Source: Flavobacteriales bacterium (GTDB lineage: Bacteria > Bacteroidota > Bacteroidia > Flavobacteriales_F > PHOS-HE28). From it: DNA of 64,000 bases. Made by a program: the position numbers and the translations under genes. Every line of letters begins with the position of its first letter. The first letter of the stretch is position 1. The DNA lies in contig JBGAJW010000021.1 of assembly GCA_044224725.1 (NCBI GenBank), forward strand, positions 6,644 to 70,643, read 5' to 3'. Shown here piece after piece: positions 37,021-45,977 of this stretch. The notes beneath the pieces are model-generated. The model was not told where the DNA came from and made no database searches. It saw nothing but the letters and a program-made list of their open reading frames with translations.

Positions 37021-37653
37021 ATGGCCCCAAATGCCATGAAAAAGCTCATCAAAGCCGAGGTTCACGAGCTGCCCGCCGAAGCGCTTGTGGGCAAGACCGG
37101 GTACATCCTGCAGGCCATGAACGGCAACCCGCACTTTCCCGAACCGATACCGGCGTTGGCGATCGTTGATGCTTCGCGCCTGCGCTTGATGAAGGCCTTG
37201 GAAGAAGCGAAGGACTTTTCCCGGCCCGCCATCGTTGCCAAGAACTTGGCCGCCGAAGAGTTACGGAGTCAATTGGGCGCCTTGGCCGAATACGTGAACC
37301 TGGCCGCCGCGGGCGATCTGCTCGTGGCACTCAGCAGCGGCTTCGACGAGCGCAAGAAGCGCACGTTTGTCACCCTCAGCAGCCCGGAACTGCTGATCGC
37401 GCGCAGAGGTGCGCGCGAAGGCAGCATCGAACTCGAATGGCGACGTGTACCGGGCGTTCGCATGTTCAATGTGTACATGACCACGGGGGAAGTGTCCGCG
37501 GACAGCGTTTGGACCTGCGTGGCCCAGACCAGCCGCGCCAGGTACATCGTCAGCGGCTTGCGCCGCGATGCGTATTTCAGCTTCCGCGTTACTGCGGTAG
37601 GTGCCGCTGGAGAAGGTCTGCCCAGTGCGATCAGCACGGCCAAAGCGGCCTGA
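37021..37653 (+). CDS. Hypothetical protein with C-terminal fibronectin type III domain
   Basis: Start MAPNAMKKLIKAEV (ATG 37021; alternative 37036) inside ORF 36706..37653. C-terminal IELEWRRVPGVRMFNVYMT...YFSFRVTAVGAAGEG is FN3-like. Confidence 0.6.
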   Translation: MAPNAMKKLIKAEVHELPAEALVGKTGYILQAMNGNPHFPEPIPALAIVDASRLRLMKALEEAKDFSRPAIVAKNLAAEELRSQLGALAEYVNLAAAGDLLVALSSGFDERKKRTFVTLSSPELLIARRGAREGSIELEWRRVPGVRMFNVYMTTGEVSADSVWTCVAQTSRARYIVSGLRRDAYFSFRVTAVGAAGEGLPSAISTAKAA

Positions 37654-37789
37654 CCGTTGTACGTCAGCTGTTGGATCGGATCAAGGACTTCACGAAGTCG
37701 GAGGGTCGGGGAGGGTAGTTGGGCACGAGACGCCGTCTTGCCCACGGACCGGCTTCAGCGCGCGGAAGTCCAGCGCCAGCAACCAGTAT

Positions 37790-38665
37790 TCAAGGATCCT
37801 CGACAGATCGGAACTTCGATACCCGTGGTTCGCATGGAGGGTCCCAAGCCACCTCCTCCAAGTTCCGCTCGTTGAGCACCCGTTTCAACTCCTTCTGCTC
37901 GTAGAGAACAATGCGTTCACCATCCCATTCGCTCTGCAGGACGAACCGTTTGTACGTGGCCTTCAACGTGAACGTCTCTCCGCTTCGGGTGTGCGCTAGA
38001 ACGAGCCTGCCCTTCATCTCCGGGTCGGAGCCTTCCGCCGTGCGCTTATAGCTGATGTCGCCTACAAGATTGCCGTTCGGACACCATTGCTTCTGATAGA
38101 GGATCCCAGCACTGTCTACCCAAGCCGATGCGATCTGGCCATCCGGATACCACTCGCGCGTAGTGCGTGAATTCCCTTCCAACCATACAAGCTGTTGAAC
38201 CGTGCCGTTCTCGTAGAAGGTGCGATGCGTTCCCGGTGCGGTGGAAACAAAGATCCGGGAGAATGCCGCTCCCGGTCGGTAGATCGGGCCTTGGCTGTAC
38301 TTCGCGCCGGATGCGAAATAGTGGACGTAAACACCCGTGGTCGATCCCGTGTCGAAGGTGCAAATGCTGCTGACCCGCCCTGTGGTGTCGAAGGCATACC
38401 AGCTACCATGAGCGATGCCCTCGATATACTGAAAAAGCTCGGTCACGCGGCCCGCGCTGTCGCGACCAACGACGGTCCCGGTCAGATCATGAAACGCCGT
38501 CTTCAAGTTCCGAGGTCGCTGCGATTCGCAAACGCTGTCCAAGTTGTAGGCATTGGTGGTGTCCATGCCCAAGAGCACTTCGGAACGGTAGGGAGCACTA
38601 TCCGGAAACTGCGCCGTGCTTTCCAGTGCCGCCAAGCACGCGACCGTGTGCAGGATGTGCTTCAC
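37790..38665 (-). CDS. Secreted MORN-variant (YwqK-like) repeat protein
   Basis: Signal peptide MKHILHTVACLAALESTAQ. Repeats such as HGSWYAFDTTGRV, THRTFYENGTVQQLVWLEGNSRTTREWYPDGQIAS and LYQKQWCPNGNL. Confidence 0.65.
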   Translation of the reverse strand: MKHILHTVACLAALESTAQFPDSAPYRSEVLLGMDTTNAYNLDSVCESQRPRNLKTAFHDLTGTVVGRDSAGRVTELFQYIEGIAHGSWYAFDTTGRVSSICTFDTGSTTGVYVHYFASGAKYSQGPIYRPGAAFSRIFVSTAPGTHRTFYENGTVQQLVWLEGNSRTTREWYPDGQIASAWVDSAGILYQKQWCPNGNLVGDISYKRTAEGSDPEMKGRLVLAHTRSGETFTLKATYKRFVLQSEWDGERIVLYEQKELKRVLNERNLEEVAWDPPCEPRVSKFRSVEDP

Positions 38666-38786
38666 GGTGCGGATAACGCAAGGAATGGAAGACCATTGCT
38701 CGTGTTCTTCTTAGAGACAATCATCAACCACGTATGTGCGCTCAAGAAGGGTAGGGGACCCTGCGCCCGCGCAAATCGAGCTGCGA

Positions 38787-39155
38787 TCAACGGATCTTCA
38801 TGACCACATTCTTCTTCATCAAACCATTGCAGCGGCTGTTTCGCAAGAGGTCGAATAAGGGTTCCTGGCCAGATATGCTGGTGGAGTCCGCTTTTGTGAT
38901 GAAGTCGATACGCTCAATACGAGACACATAGTTTTCAATGTTCTTGTCCGACCAATTCCAACCAAATCCGAACATCTGGTAGGATTTCCGCTTTGGACCA
39001 CTGGCATCAAGGGAATAGACGTGCTGGTTCCAATAGTCCTCGCCCTTCATGATGGTGCGAACGGTCGAAGGGTAACCACTTCGGTTCACCAAGACCAATC
39101 TCCCCGGAACATCACAACCAGTGAGAATGACGGCAACAAGGACGATGGCTTTCAC
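38787..39155 (-). CDS. Small lipoprotein encoded in a lower-GC patch
   Basis: GTG start (CAC 39153-39155) gives MKAIVLVAVILTGC (lipobox). Using the ATG at 39233 would overlap the ftsK 3' end. The sequence is visibly more AT-rich than its neighbours. Confidence 0.5.
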   Translation of the reverse strand: MKAIVLVAVILTGCDVPGRLVLVNRSGYPSTVRTIMKGEDYWNQHVYSLDASGPKRKSYQMFGFGWNWSDKNIENYVSRIERIDFITKADSTSISGQEPLFDLLRNSRCNGLMKKNVVMKIR

Positions 39156-39192
39156 CAGTTGAAGTGTGCCATCGAAGGTATGAAACCTCTGC

Positions 39193-41832
39193 TCAGAATC
39201 CCCCCATCCCCGGCCCCGCAGGCACACCCGCATTCAAATGCGCGTGCAACGCCGCTTCGTTCGGGATCAGCACCCGCCGCGCCTTGGAGCCTTCAAACCC
39301 ACCGAGGATCCCCGCTGATTCCAGCTGGTCCACGATGCGGCCAGCGCGGTTGTATCCGAGCTTCAGCTTGCGTTGGATCAGTGAAGTAGATCCTTGCTGC
39401 GTTTGCACCACGATCCGTGCGGCTTCTTCGAACATGCTGTCGCGCTCGCCATCGTCGCCATCTACGCCGCCTTCGCCTTCTTCGGTCGGCACTTCGGGGA
39501 GGATCAGCGCATCGGGGTAGCCGCGTTGCTCACCGATGAACTCGGTGATCTTCTCCACTTCCGGCGTGTCCACGAAGGCGCACTGGATGCGGATAAGGTC
39601 GTTGCCGGTACTCAGGAGCATGTCACCGCGGCCGATCAGCTGGTCGGCGCCACCGCTATCGAGGATGGTGCGGCTGTCGATCTTGCTCGTTACGCGAAAA
39701 GCGATGCGCGCAGGGAAGTTGGCCTTGATGGTACCGGTGATGATGTTCACGCTGGGACGCTGCGTGGCGATGATGAGGTGGATACCGATGGCGCGCGCGA
39801 GTTGGGCCAAGCGGGCGATGGGCGTTTCCACTTCGCGGCCAGCGGTCATGATCAGGTCGGCGAACTCGTCCACCACCAGCACGATGTAGGGGAGGAAGCG
39901 GTGGCCGTTCTCGGGGTTCAAGCGGCGGCCGACGAACTTGGCGTTGTACTCCTTGATGTTCCGCACCTGCGCATTCTTCAGCAGCTCGTAGCGGTCGTCC
40001 ATCTCGATGCACAAACTGTTCAAGGTGGCCACCACCTTCTTGGTGTCGGTGATGATGGCTTCGCCTTCGCCGGGGAGCTTGGCCAGGAAGTGCCGCTCGA
40101 TCTTGTTGAAGAGGGTGAGCTCCACCTTCTTCGGATCAACGAGCACGAACTTGATCTGGCTCGGGTGTTTCTTGTACAGCAGCGAAACAAGGATCGCGTT
40201 CAAGCCCACGGATTTGCCCTGACCGGTCGCGCCCGCCATCAGCAGGTGGGGCATCTTGGTGAGGTCGGTAACGAAGGTCTCGTTGGTGATGGTCTTGCCG
40301 AGCACGAGCGGCAGTTCCATGTTCGCGTTCTGGAATTTCTCGCTCGCGAGCACCGCGCGCATGCCCACCACTTGCGGCTTGCTGTTCGGTACTTCGATGC
40401 CGATCGTTCCCTTGCCGGGGATCGGCGCGATGATGCGGATGCCCAGTGCGGCGAGGCTCAGCGCGATGTCGTCCTCCAGGTTCTTGATCTTGCTGATACG
40501 GACGCCCGCCTGCGGGATGATCTCGTACAGCGTCACCGTCGGCCCGATCGTCGCCTTGATCTTGTCGATGCCGATGTTGTAGTGGGAGAGGGTCTCCACG
40601 ATGCGGTTCTTGTTCGCTTCGAGTTCCTCCTTCGTTACGGTGAGCTCGCCGCTGCCATGGTCCACGAGCAGATCGAGCGGCGGCAGCTCGTAGTCGCTCA
40701 GGTCGAGCTTCGGGTCGTATTCGCCGAACTCCTGCAGCTTGGCTTCGATCTGTTCTTCGGTGAGCACTTCATCCGCTGCGGGGGCCTGCACGCTCATGCC
40801 ACCCACGTTCATCGGAATAGCGGCCATGATGGGATCGATCGGGGCACTGTCCGCCAGCACGCCCACCGTTTCCAATTCCAGTTCAGTCTCCTCCGCGCCT
40901 TCCTCCAGTTCTTCTTCCGCCTCGAGTTCGTCCAATTCGAGTTCCACGGCGTTGGTCACTTCCATCGGCTCTTCGATGATCGGGGCTTCCACCTCGAAGG
41001 CGGGTCCCGATCGTTTCGCCTCGACGGGGTCCGGAGTGACGACAGCGGCGAGCGATGAAGCAGCGGCGGCCATCTTCTCTTTCAGCCGGTTCGGCGTTAC
41101 CCAGCCTTCGGGATCCTCTGCCGTTTCCGCTTCGGGCACGGCTTCCGCGCTCGCCTTGCGCGTGAAGAGTTCGCCCAGCCAGTTGAACGACGGGTTGAAG
41201 GTGTACACCGCGAAGGCCGCCGCGCTGAAGAGGATCAGCGCGCCCGCCCCGAAGCCGCCGAGCCAACTGCTCAAGTGCGCATTGATCGTGTAACCGATGC
41301 CGCCGCCGAGGAACATGTATTCGCTCTTGGCGAAGAAGAAACCCAGCAAGGTGGGTACCCAGAACAGCGACATCACCGTCCAGCGGAAGGTCTTGTTGCG
41401 CGGGAGCAGCCATGTGCCCAGCACCACGCGGATACCACCGAGGAAGCTCCACAGCACCGTAGCGAAGGCCGCCACGCCGAACCACTTGTAGATGAACTGG
41501 TGGCTCACCAGCGCCCCCAATTTGCCGAGCCAATTCTCCACCTGCACGCCTGGGCTGAAGATCTCGCCCCACGGCCGCGCCATCAGGTCCTGGTCGATAC
41601 GCCAAGTGATCAGGTAGCTGGTGAAAGCCACCAGCAGGTACACCGAAGCGAGCACGAGGAAGAGCCCGCCCACCTTGTGAACGCGCTCATCGGCCATGGC
41701 CGCCTTGAACTTGGACCACCGGCTTTCGGTGATGGCCTCCTTCTTCTTGCGCGGCTTGCGCTCCTTTACGGGAGCGGCATCCTCGATGGGTTCTTCCTCA
41801 TCGCGGACTTTGTTCTTCTTCTCGGTGGCCAA
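39193..41832 (-). CDS. ftsK: DNA translocase FtsK/SpoIIIE
   Basis: 879 aa. N-terminal TM segments, an acidic linker, Walker A LMAGATGQGKSVGLNAIL, DEFADL, and the gamma winged-helix LIQRKLKLGYNRAGRIVDQLESAGILG. Confidence 0.95.
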   Translation of the reverse strand: MATEKKNKVRDEEEPIEDAAPVKERKPRKKKEAITESRWSKFKAAMADERVHKVGGLFLVLASVYLLVAFTSYLITWRIDQDLMARPWGEIFSPGVQVENWLGKLGALVSHQFIYKWFGVAAFATVLWSFLGGIRVVLGTWLLPRNKTFRWTVMSLFWVPTLLGFFFAKSEYMFLGGGIGYTINAHLSSWLGGFGAGALILFSAAAFAVYTFNPSFNWLGELFTRKASAEAVPEAETAEDPEGWVTPNRLKEKMAAAASSLAAVVTPDPVEAKRSGPAFEVEAPIIEEPMEVTNAVELELDELEAEEELEEGAEETELELETVGVLADSAPIDPIMAAIPMNVGGMSVQAPAADEVLTEEQIEAKLQEFGEYDPKLDLSDYELPPLDLLVDHGSGELTVTKEELEANKNRIVETLSHYNIGIDKIKATIGPTVTLYEIIPQAGVRISKIKNLEDDIALSLAALGIRIIAPIPGKGTIGIEVPNSKPQVVGMRAVLASEKFQNANMELPLVLGKTITNETFVTDLTKMPHLLMAGATGQGKSVGLNAILVSLLYKKHPSQIKFVLVDPKKVELTLFNKIERHFLAKLPGEGEAIITDTKKVVATLNSLCIEMDDRYELLKNAQVRNIKEYNAKFVGRRLNPENGHRFLPYIVLVVDEFADLIMTAGREVETPIARLAQLARAIGIHLIIATQRPSVNIITGTIKANFPARIAFRVTSKIDSRTILDSGGADQLIGRGDMLLSTGNDLIRIQCAFVDTPEVEKITEFIGEQRGYPDALILPEVPTEEGEGGVDGDDGERDSMFEEAARIVVQTQQGSTSLIQRKLKLGYNRAGRIVDQLESAGILGGFEGSKARRVLIPNEAALHAHLNAGVPAGPGMGGF

Positions 41833-41948
41833 GGCTGGAAAGGGATTGCTCCGCGCACGCGCACGGCAGGAGCGAAATTCCGCGTACCACAGGGGAGAAC
41901 GGACCGACAGGGCCCGCGATTATGAACAGGGGATCGTGCGGCGGGGGA

Positions 41949-42034
41949 CAAGCTTCAAGGCCCAAGCCCCAAGCTTCAAGCTCCAAACAGGAGCACTTGA
42001 AGCTTGGAACTTGGGCCTTGTGACTTGAAGCTTG
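41949..42034. repeat. 86-bp compound inverted repeat / long hairpin made of four CAAGCTTCAAG units
   Basis: CAAGCTTCAAG at 41949-41959 and 41970-41980. Reverse complement CTTGAAGCTTG at 41996-42006 and 42024-42034. Internal GCCCAAG/CTTGGGC pairing. Apical CTCC..GGAG. Starts 10 nt downstream of the stop at 42045-42047 and lies upstream of ftsK. Confidence 0.8.
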
Positions 42035-42044
42035 ATAGGCTTGG

Positions 42045-42758
42045 TCAGCTTTGGAAGGTGCTCAGCACCTCTTCCAGCTCATGGTGCAGCACTTCGGGCG
42101 TCACCTTGTCGTAGTCCGGCTTGGACTCGAACTTGGAAGGATCCACGGGGCCGGGGGTCACGGTGGTGGCATCCAGGCGCATGCGCATGCCGTACTGCAC
42201 CATCTCGTAGCGCAGCAATACGCCGGGGATCTCCGTGTACGGGCCGAACCAGTTCGGCTTGTCCATCTTGATGGCGTCCGTGTACCAGAGCTCCACTTCG
42301 GGCTGCGCGATACCGTTGTAGACCGCGATGGCCTTCTTGCAGGGGTAGCCCGCGATGGTGTCGGTGGCATTGGTGTACAGGATCGTGAGCGCGGCGGATT
42401 CCTTGTTGAAGAGGGCAAGGTCACGCGGGCCGAGCGCGCTCACGAGCTTCTTGCTCATCACGCTCATATGGTAGTCCAGGATCTGCTTCGGCGTGTTCAC
42501 CACCATGCTGGTGCGGAAAACGCCCATGCCGGCGCTCAGGTCGGCCACCTGTTGCTCTTCATTGAAGTAAAGAGTGGTCTTCTCCGGAAGCATCCCGGCC
42601 ATCAGGCCGTTCGGGTCGTAGTCCGGGAAGGTGAGGGCGTATTCGATCACCCCTTCTTTCACCTGCTGCTGCATCATGGAACCGCCGCAGCCGCTTAGCA
42701 GGAAAGCCACGGGCATCACGCCAAGGACCGGCAGAACAAGGGACATGGGCATGGACAT
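42045..42758 (-). CDS. Hypothetical lipoprotein
   Basis: Start MSMPMSLVLPVLGVMPVAFLLSGC (CAT 42756-42758; lipobox) inside ORF 42045..43097. The upstream 113 codons are Arg/Gly-rich junk. Confidence 0.6.
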   Translation of the reverse strand: MSMPMSLVLPVLGVMPVAFLLSGCGGSMMQQQVKEGVIEYALTFPDYDPNGLMAGMLPEKTTLYFNEEQQVADLSAGMGVFRTSMVVNTPKQILDYHMSVMSKKLVSALGPRDLALFNKESAALTILYTNATDTIAGYPCKKAIAVYNGIAQPEVELWYTDAIKMDKPNWFGPYTEIPGVLLRYEMVQYGMRMRLDATTVTPGPVDPSKFESKPDYDKVTPEVLHHELEEVLSTFQS

Positions 42759-42887
42759 GGGCAAGGTGGTTTTGCGGACAGTGGGCGCTGGTACGTGGAA
42801 GGGGGGCGATCCGTTTCGTCCGGGCCTTTCCACTGTCGGGCCGCTGAACCTTCGGAACGATCTTTGGTCCCACCGCGCGTTACCTCC

Positions 42888-44306
42888 ATGGCTTCCACCC
42901 CGACCCGTCTCGCACACCACCTCTTTTGGCGGGCAGGCATGGGCCTTACGCCGAAGGAACTCGAAGCGCTCTCGGAAAGACCGTACGAGGAACTGGTCGA
43001 TGGGCTTTTTCGGGCATCCAGGGAATTCACACCGATCCGGACGACGCATGTAACCACCAGTGATGACGGTTACAGTGCGATGAAGGGCGTTGAGCAATTC
43101 AAGTACCGCAAGGCCAGCCGCGAAGCCCAGCGTCGGCTGAACGCGTTATGGCGTCAGCGGCTCATCACCACCGAAGGGTGCTTGCGGGAGAAGATGGCCC
43201 TCTTCTGGCACGGGCACTTCGTGGCGTGGAGCCATTGGTCCAACAGCACCGAACAGTACCTGAACGTGCTGCGCGAACACGCCTTGGGTGACCTGGGTAC
43301 CCTGCTCAAGAAGGTAAGCCGGTCCTCGGCCATGCTTGGCTACCTGAGCAACCAGCGCAACCGGAAGGACGCGCCCAACGAGAATTTCGCCCGCGAGTTG
43401 ATGGAGCTCTTCACCCTCGGTCGGGGGCATTATTCCGAGCAGGACATCCATGAAGCGGCCCGGGCCTTCACCGGCTGGGGCTTCAAGCTGGATACCGCCG
43501 AGTTCCATTTCCGGGAGAATCAGCACGACTTCGGCGAGAAGACCTTCCGCGGCAAGACCGGCAATTTTGATGGCGATGACATCCTGGACCTTCTGCTCGC
43601 TGACAAACAGACGGCCGTCTTCATCACCCGCAAGATGTACCGCTGGTTCGTGTGTCCCGAGATCCCCGGAGCCTCATCCGGGGTGGAGGAGGCATTCGCC
43701 GCACGCATGGCCGATCGCTTCTTCACCAGCGGATATGACATCGCCGATCTGATGCGCTTCGTCTTTTCCAGCGAGCACTTCAAGGACGCGGCTGTGCATG
43801 GTCGCCGCATCAAGTCGCCGATCGAGCTCATCTGTGGGCTGGACAAGAATTTCAAGCTCCGTTTCGAACGCGAGGAGGACGGCATGTTCCTGCAGCGGCT
43901 CTTGGGCCAAACGCTCCTGAATCCGCCCAACGTGGCCGGCTGGAAGGAAGGGAACGCTTGGATCGACAGCAATTCCTTGATGTTGCGGCTGAAGCTCCCG
44001 TCCGCGCTGTTGAACAAGGGCAACTTGGAGTGGGATGAGCCCGGAGCCAGTGCCGGGGATCTGGACAAGATGATGGCTCCGGCCGGCGATGCGCCGATGC
44101 GCGATGCGGACGGACGCCTGTTCCGCGTAGCACCGGACAAGGCGGCTTTCCTGGCACAGCTCGACCCGGCGGTGACGAACGATGCGCTCTTCACCAAGCT
44201 GCTCCAGGTGGACGCCAGCGAGCCCTTGCGCGCCAACGTGGGCAACGGCGACCTCATGGAACGTGTGCTGGAGATCCTGTCTTCACCCGAATATCAACTC
44301 TGCTGA
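42888..44306 (+). CDS. DUF1800 domain protein
   Basis: Start MASTPTRLAHHLFWRAGMG (ATG 42888). MALFWHGHF...NENFARELMELFTLG.GHYSEQDI.EAARAFTGW is the characteristic DUF1800 core. Confidence 0.85.
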   Translation: MASTPTRLAHHLFWRAGMGLTPKELEALSERPYEELVDGLFRASREFTPIRTTHVTTSDDGYSAMKGVEQFKYRKASREAQRRLNALWRQRLITTEGCLREKMALFWHGHFVAWSHWSNSTEQYLNVLREHALGDLGTLLKKVSRSSAMLGYLSNQRNRKDAPNENFARELMELFTLGRGHYSEQDIHEAARAFTGWGFKLDTAEFHFRENQHDFGEKTFRGKTGNFDGDDILDLLLADKQTAVFITRKMYRWFVCPEIPGASSGVEEAFAARMADRFFTSGYDIADLMRFVFSSEHFKDAAVHGRRIKSPIELICGLDKNFKLRFEREEDGMFLQRLLGQTLLNPPNVAGWKEGNAWIDSNSLMLRLKLPSALLNKGNLEWDEPGASAGDLDKMMAPAGDAPMRDADGRLFRVAPDKAAFLAQLDPAVTNDALFTKLLQVDASEPLRANVGNGDLMERVLEILSSPEYQLC

Positions 44307-44307
44307 C

Positions 44308-45489
44308 ATGCGTCGCCGTGACTTCCTCCGCAGCACCGGACTGGTCACTACCAGCTTGCTGCTTCCGCGCTTCCTGCACGGCATGGGCGGGGCGAAACCG
44401 GTGAATGCCCGCAAGCTGGTGATCGTGCAGCTGACCGGGGGCAATGACGGCCTGAACACCGTGGTGCCCTACCGGAACGATGCGTACTACCGCGCACGAC
44501 CGAAGCTGGCCATCGCGCGGGAACTCGCGCTGCCGCTCACGGACGAGCTCGGTTTCAATCCCGGAATGACGGCCATGCGCAGGTTGTACGATGCGGGCCA
44601 AGTGGCCATCATCAACGGGGTGGGCTACCCACAGCCCGACCGTTCGCATTTCCGCAGCATGGACATCTGGCACACGGCCAGCGGCAGCGAGCGTTTCCTG
44701 GAGACGGGCTGGCTGGGTCGCTACATGGACGAGCAGAACGCCGACCCGCACGATGTGGTGGAGTTCGGCGGAACGCTTTCCTTGGCCAACAAGGGCGAGA
44801 AGGTGAAGGCCCTCGCGATCAACGATCCCGGTCGTTTCTACCAGGCCACGCGCGAACCCTACTTCGCGAAGTTGGCCTCGCAGCAACATGCCCTCGCGCA
44901 CCAGCAGCTCGGCTACCTGTACCGAACCATGGCGGAAACCTACCGCAGCGCCGGTTACATCCAGGAACACCTGCGGCCGCGGAACACCACCATCACGTTC
45001 CCCAAAGGGGACCTGGCCAAGCAATTACGGCATGTGAGCGCCTTCATCCAGAGCGGCATGGAGACCAGCGTGTACTACACCAGCACCGCCGGGTTCGATA
45101 CGCATGTGAACCAGGCCGGGAACCACCAGAAGCAGCTCGCCGAGGTGAGCGGGGCGATCGGCGCATTCATGGACGACATCAAGGAGGCGGGCCGATCGAA
45201 CGAGGTGCTCGTCATGGTCTTCAGCGAATTCGGTCGGCGGGTGAAGGAGAACGCCAGCAACGGCACGGACCATGGCACTGCCAGCAACGTGTTCCTGATC
45301 GGCGACGGCTTGAAGAAGGCAGGTGCATACAACGACCTGCCATCGCTCGAAAAGCTCGATGAAAACGGCGACCTGGAGTTCTCCGTTGATTTCCGCAGGG
45401 TGTACGCTACCGTGCTGGACCGCTGGTTGGGATTCGCCCCTCTGAAGGTGCTCGGCAGCCGATTCGAAACACTACCCGTCCTGGGTTAA
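44308..45489 (+). CDS. DUF1501 domain protein (sulfatase/alkaline-phosphatase-like fold) with Tat-type signal
   Basis: Start MRRRDFLRSTGLVTTSLLLP (twin-Arg), 1 nt after the DUF1800 stop. VQLTGGNDGLNTVVPY, SHFRSMDIW, FSEFGRR and GTDHG motifs. Confidence 0.88.
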   Translation: MRRRDFLRSTGLVTTSLLLPRFLHGMGGAKPVNARKLVIVQLTGGNDGLNTVVPYRNDAYYRARPKLAIARELALPLTDELGFNPGMTAMRRLYDAGQVAIINGVGYPQPDRSHFRSMDIWHTASGSERFLETGWLGRYMDEQNADPHDVVEFGGTLSLANKGEKVKALAINDPGRFYQATREPYFAKLASQQHALAHQQLGYLYRTMAETYRSAGYIQEHLRPRNTTITFPKGDLAKQLRHVSAFIQSGMETSVYYTSTAGFDTHVNQAGNHQKQLAEVSGAIGAFMDDIKEAGRSNEVLVMVFSEFGRRVKENASNGTDHGTASNVFLIGDGLKKAGAYNDLPSLEKLDENGDLEFSVDFRRVYATVLDRWLGFAPLKVLGSRFETLPVLG

Positions 45490-45509
45490 CGAAGGTCCCC
45501 CGGAGGAGG

Positions 45510-45722
45510 TCAGTGATGCGTCCAGTGCATCAACATGATCGCCAGATGCGTGCCGCCGATCACCGAGTAGGTGATGCCCAGGAAAAGCCCGAGTTCGCTC
45601 AGGTTCAGCCAGCCCACGGTGTTGAATTCGATCTCCTTGCGCCCATAGTGCGGCTTCATCGGCGGGAGCGGGATGCGCTCCTCTTCCGTGGGCAGGTCAT
45701 TCCAGAATCCGTGAGAGGTCAT
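45510..45722 (-). CDS. Small hypothetical membrane protein (70 aa)
   Basis: Start placed at MTSHGFWNDLPTEEER (CAT 45720-45722) because third-position GC rises sharply from here. One C-terminal TM segment (LGLFLGITYSVIGGTHLAIMLM). Confidence 0.45.
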   Translation of the reverse strand: MTSHGFWNDLPTEEERIPLPPMKPHYGRKEIEFNTVGWLNLSELGLFLGITYSVIGGTHLAIMLMHWTHH

Positions 45723-45977
45723 TGGCCGGTGGGGAGTACCGTCGCTCGAAAGTAGGGGGTTCGCCGATCCGATGCCAGTTGCCCCAGGCATTTGTCCGAA
45801 GAGCGTGGATCCTGTGGCGTGCATTCGCTTGGTCTATTCCGTCTTCTGCGTCCGCCGCAGCCGTCGCATGGTGCCACCGAAAGTCGCTTTACGCCCCGGA
45901 AAGATCCGGGCTTATCGCCCAGCCGGAACATCCCGTAGCTGAGATGCGGGTGCGCTTAGACGAACGTTATAGTGGCG

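Noticed and set aside
39394-41058. 554-aa plus-strand ORF
   Set aside because: It is antisense to ftsK and is a shadow ORF.
45895-45910. Small hairpin CCCGGA-aaga-TCCGGG as terminator of the M23 peptidase gene
   Set aside because: It has only a 6-bp stem and no U-tract on the relevant strand, so it is not supportable as a feature.
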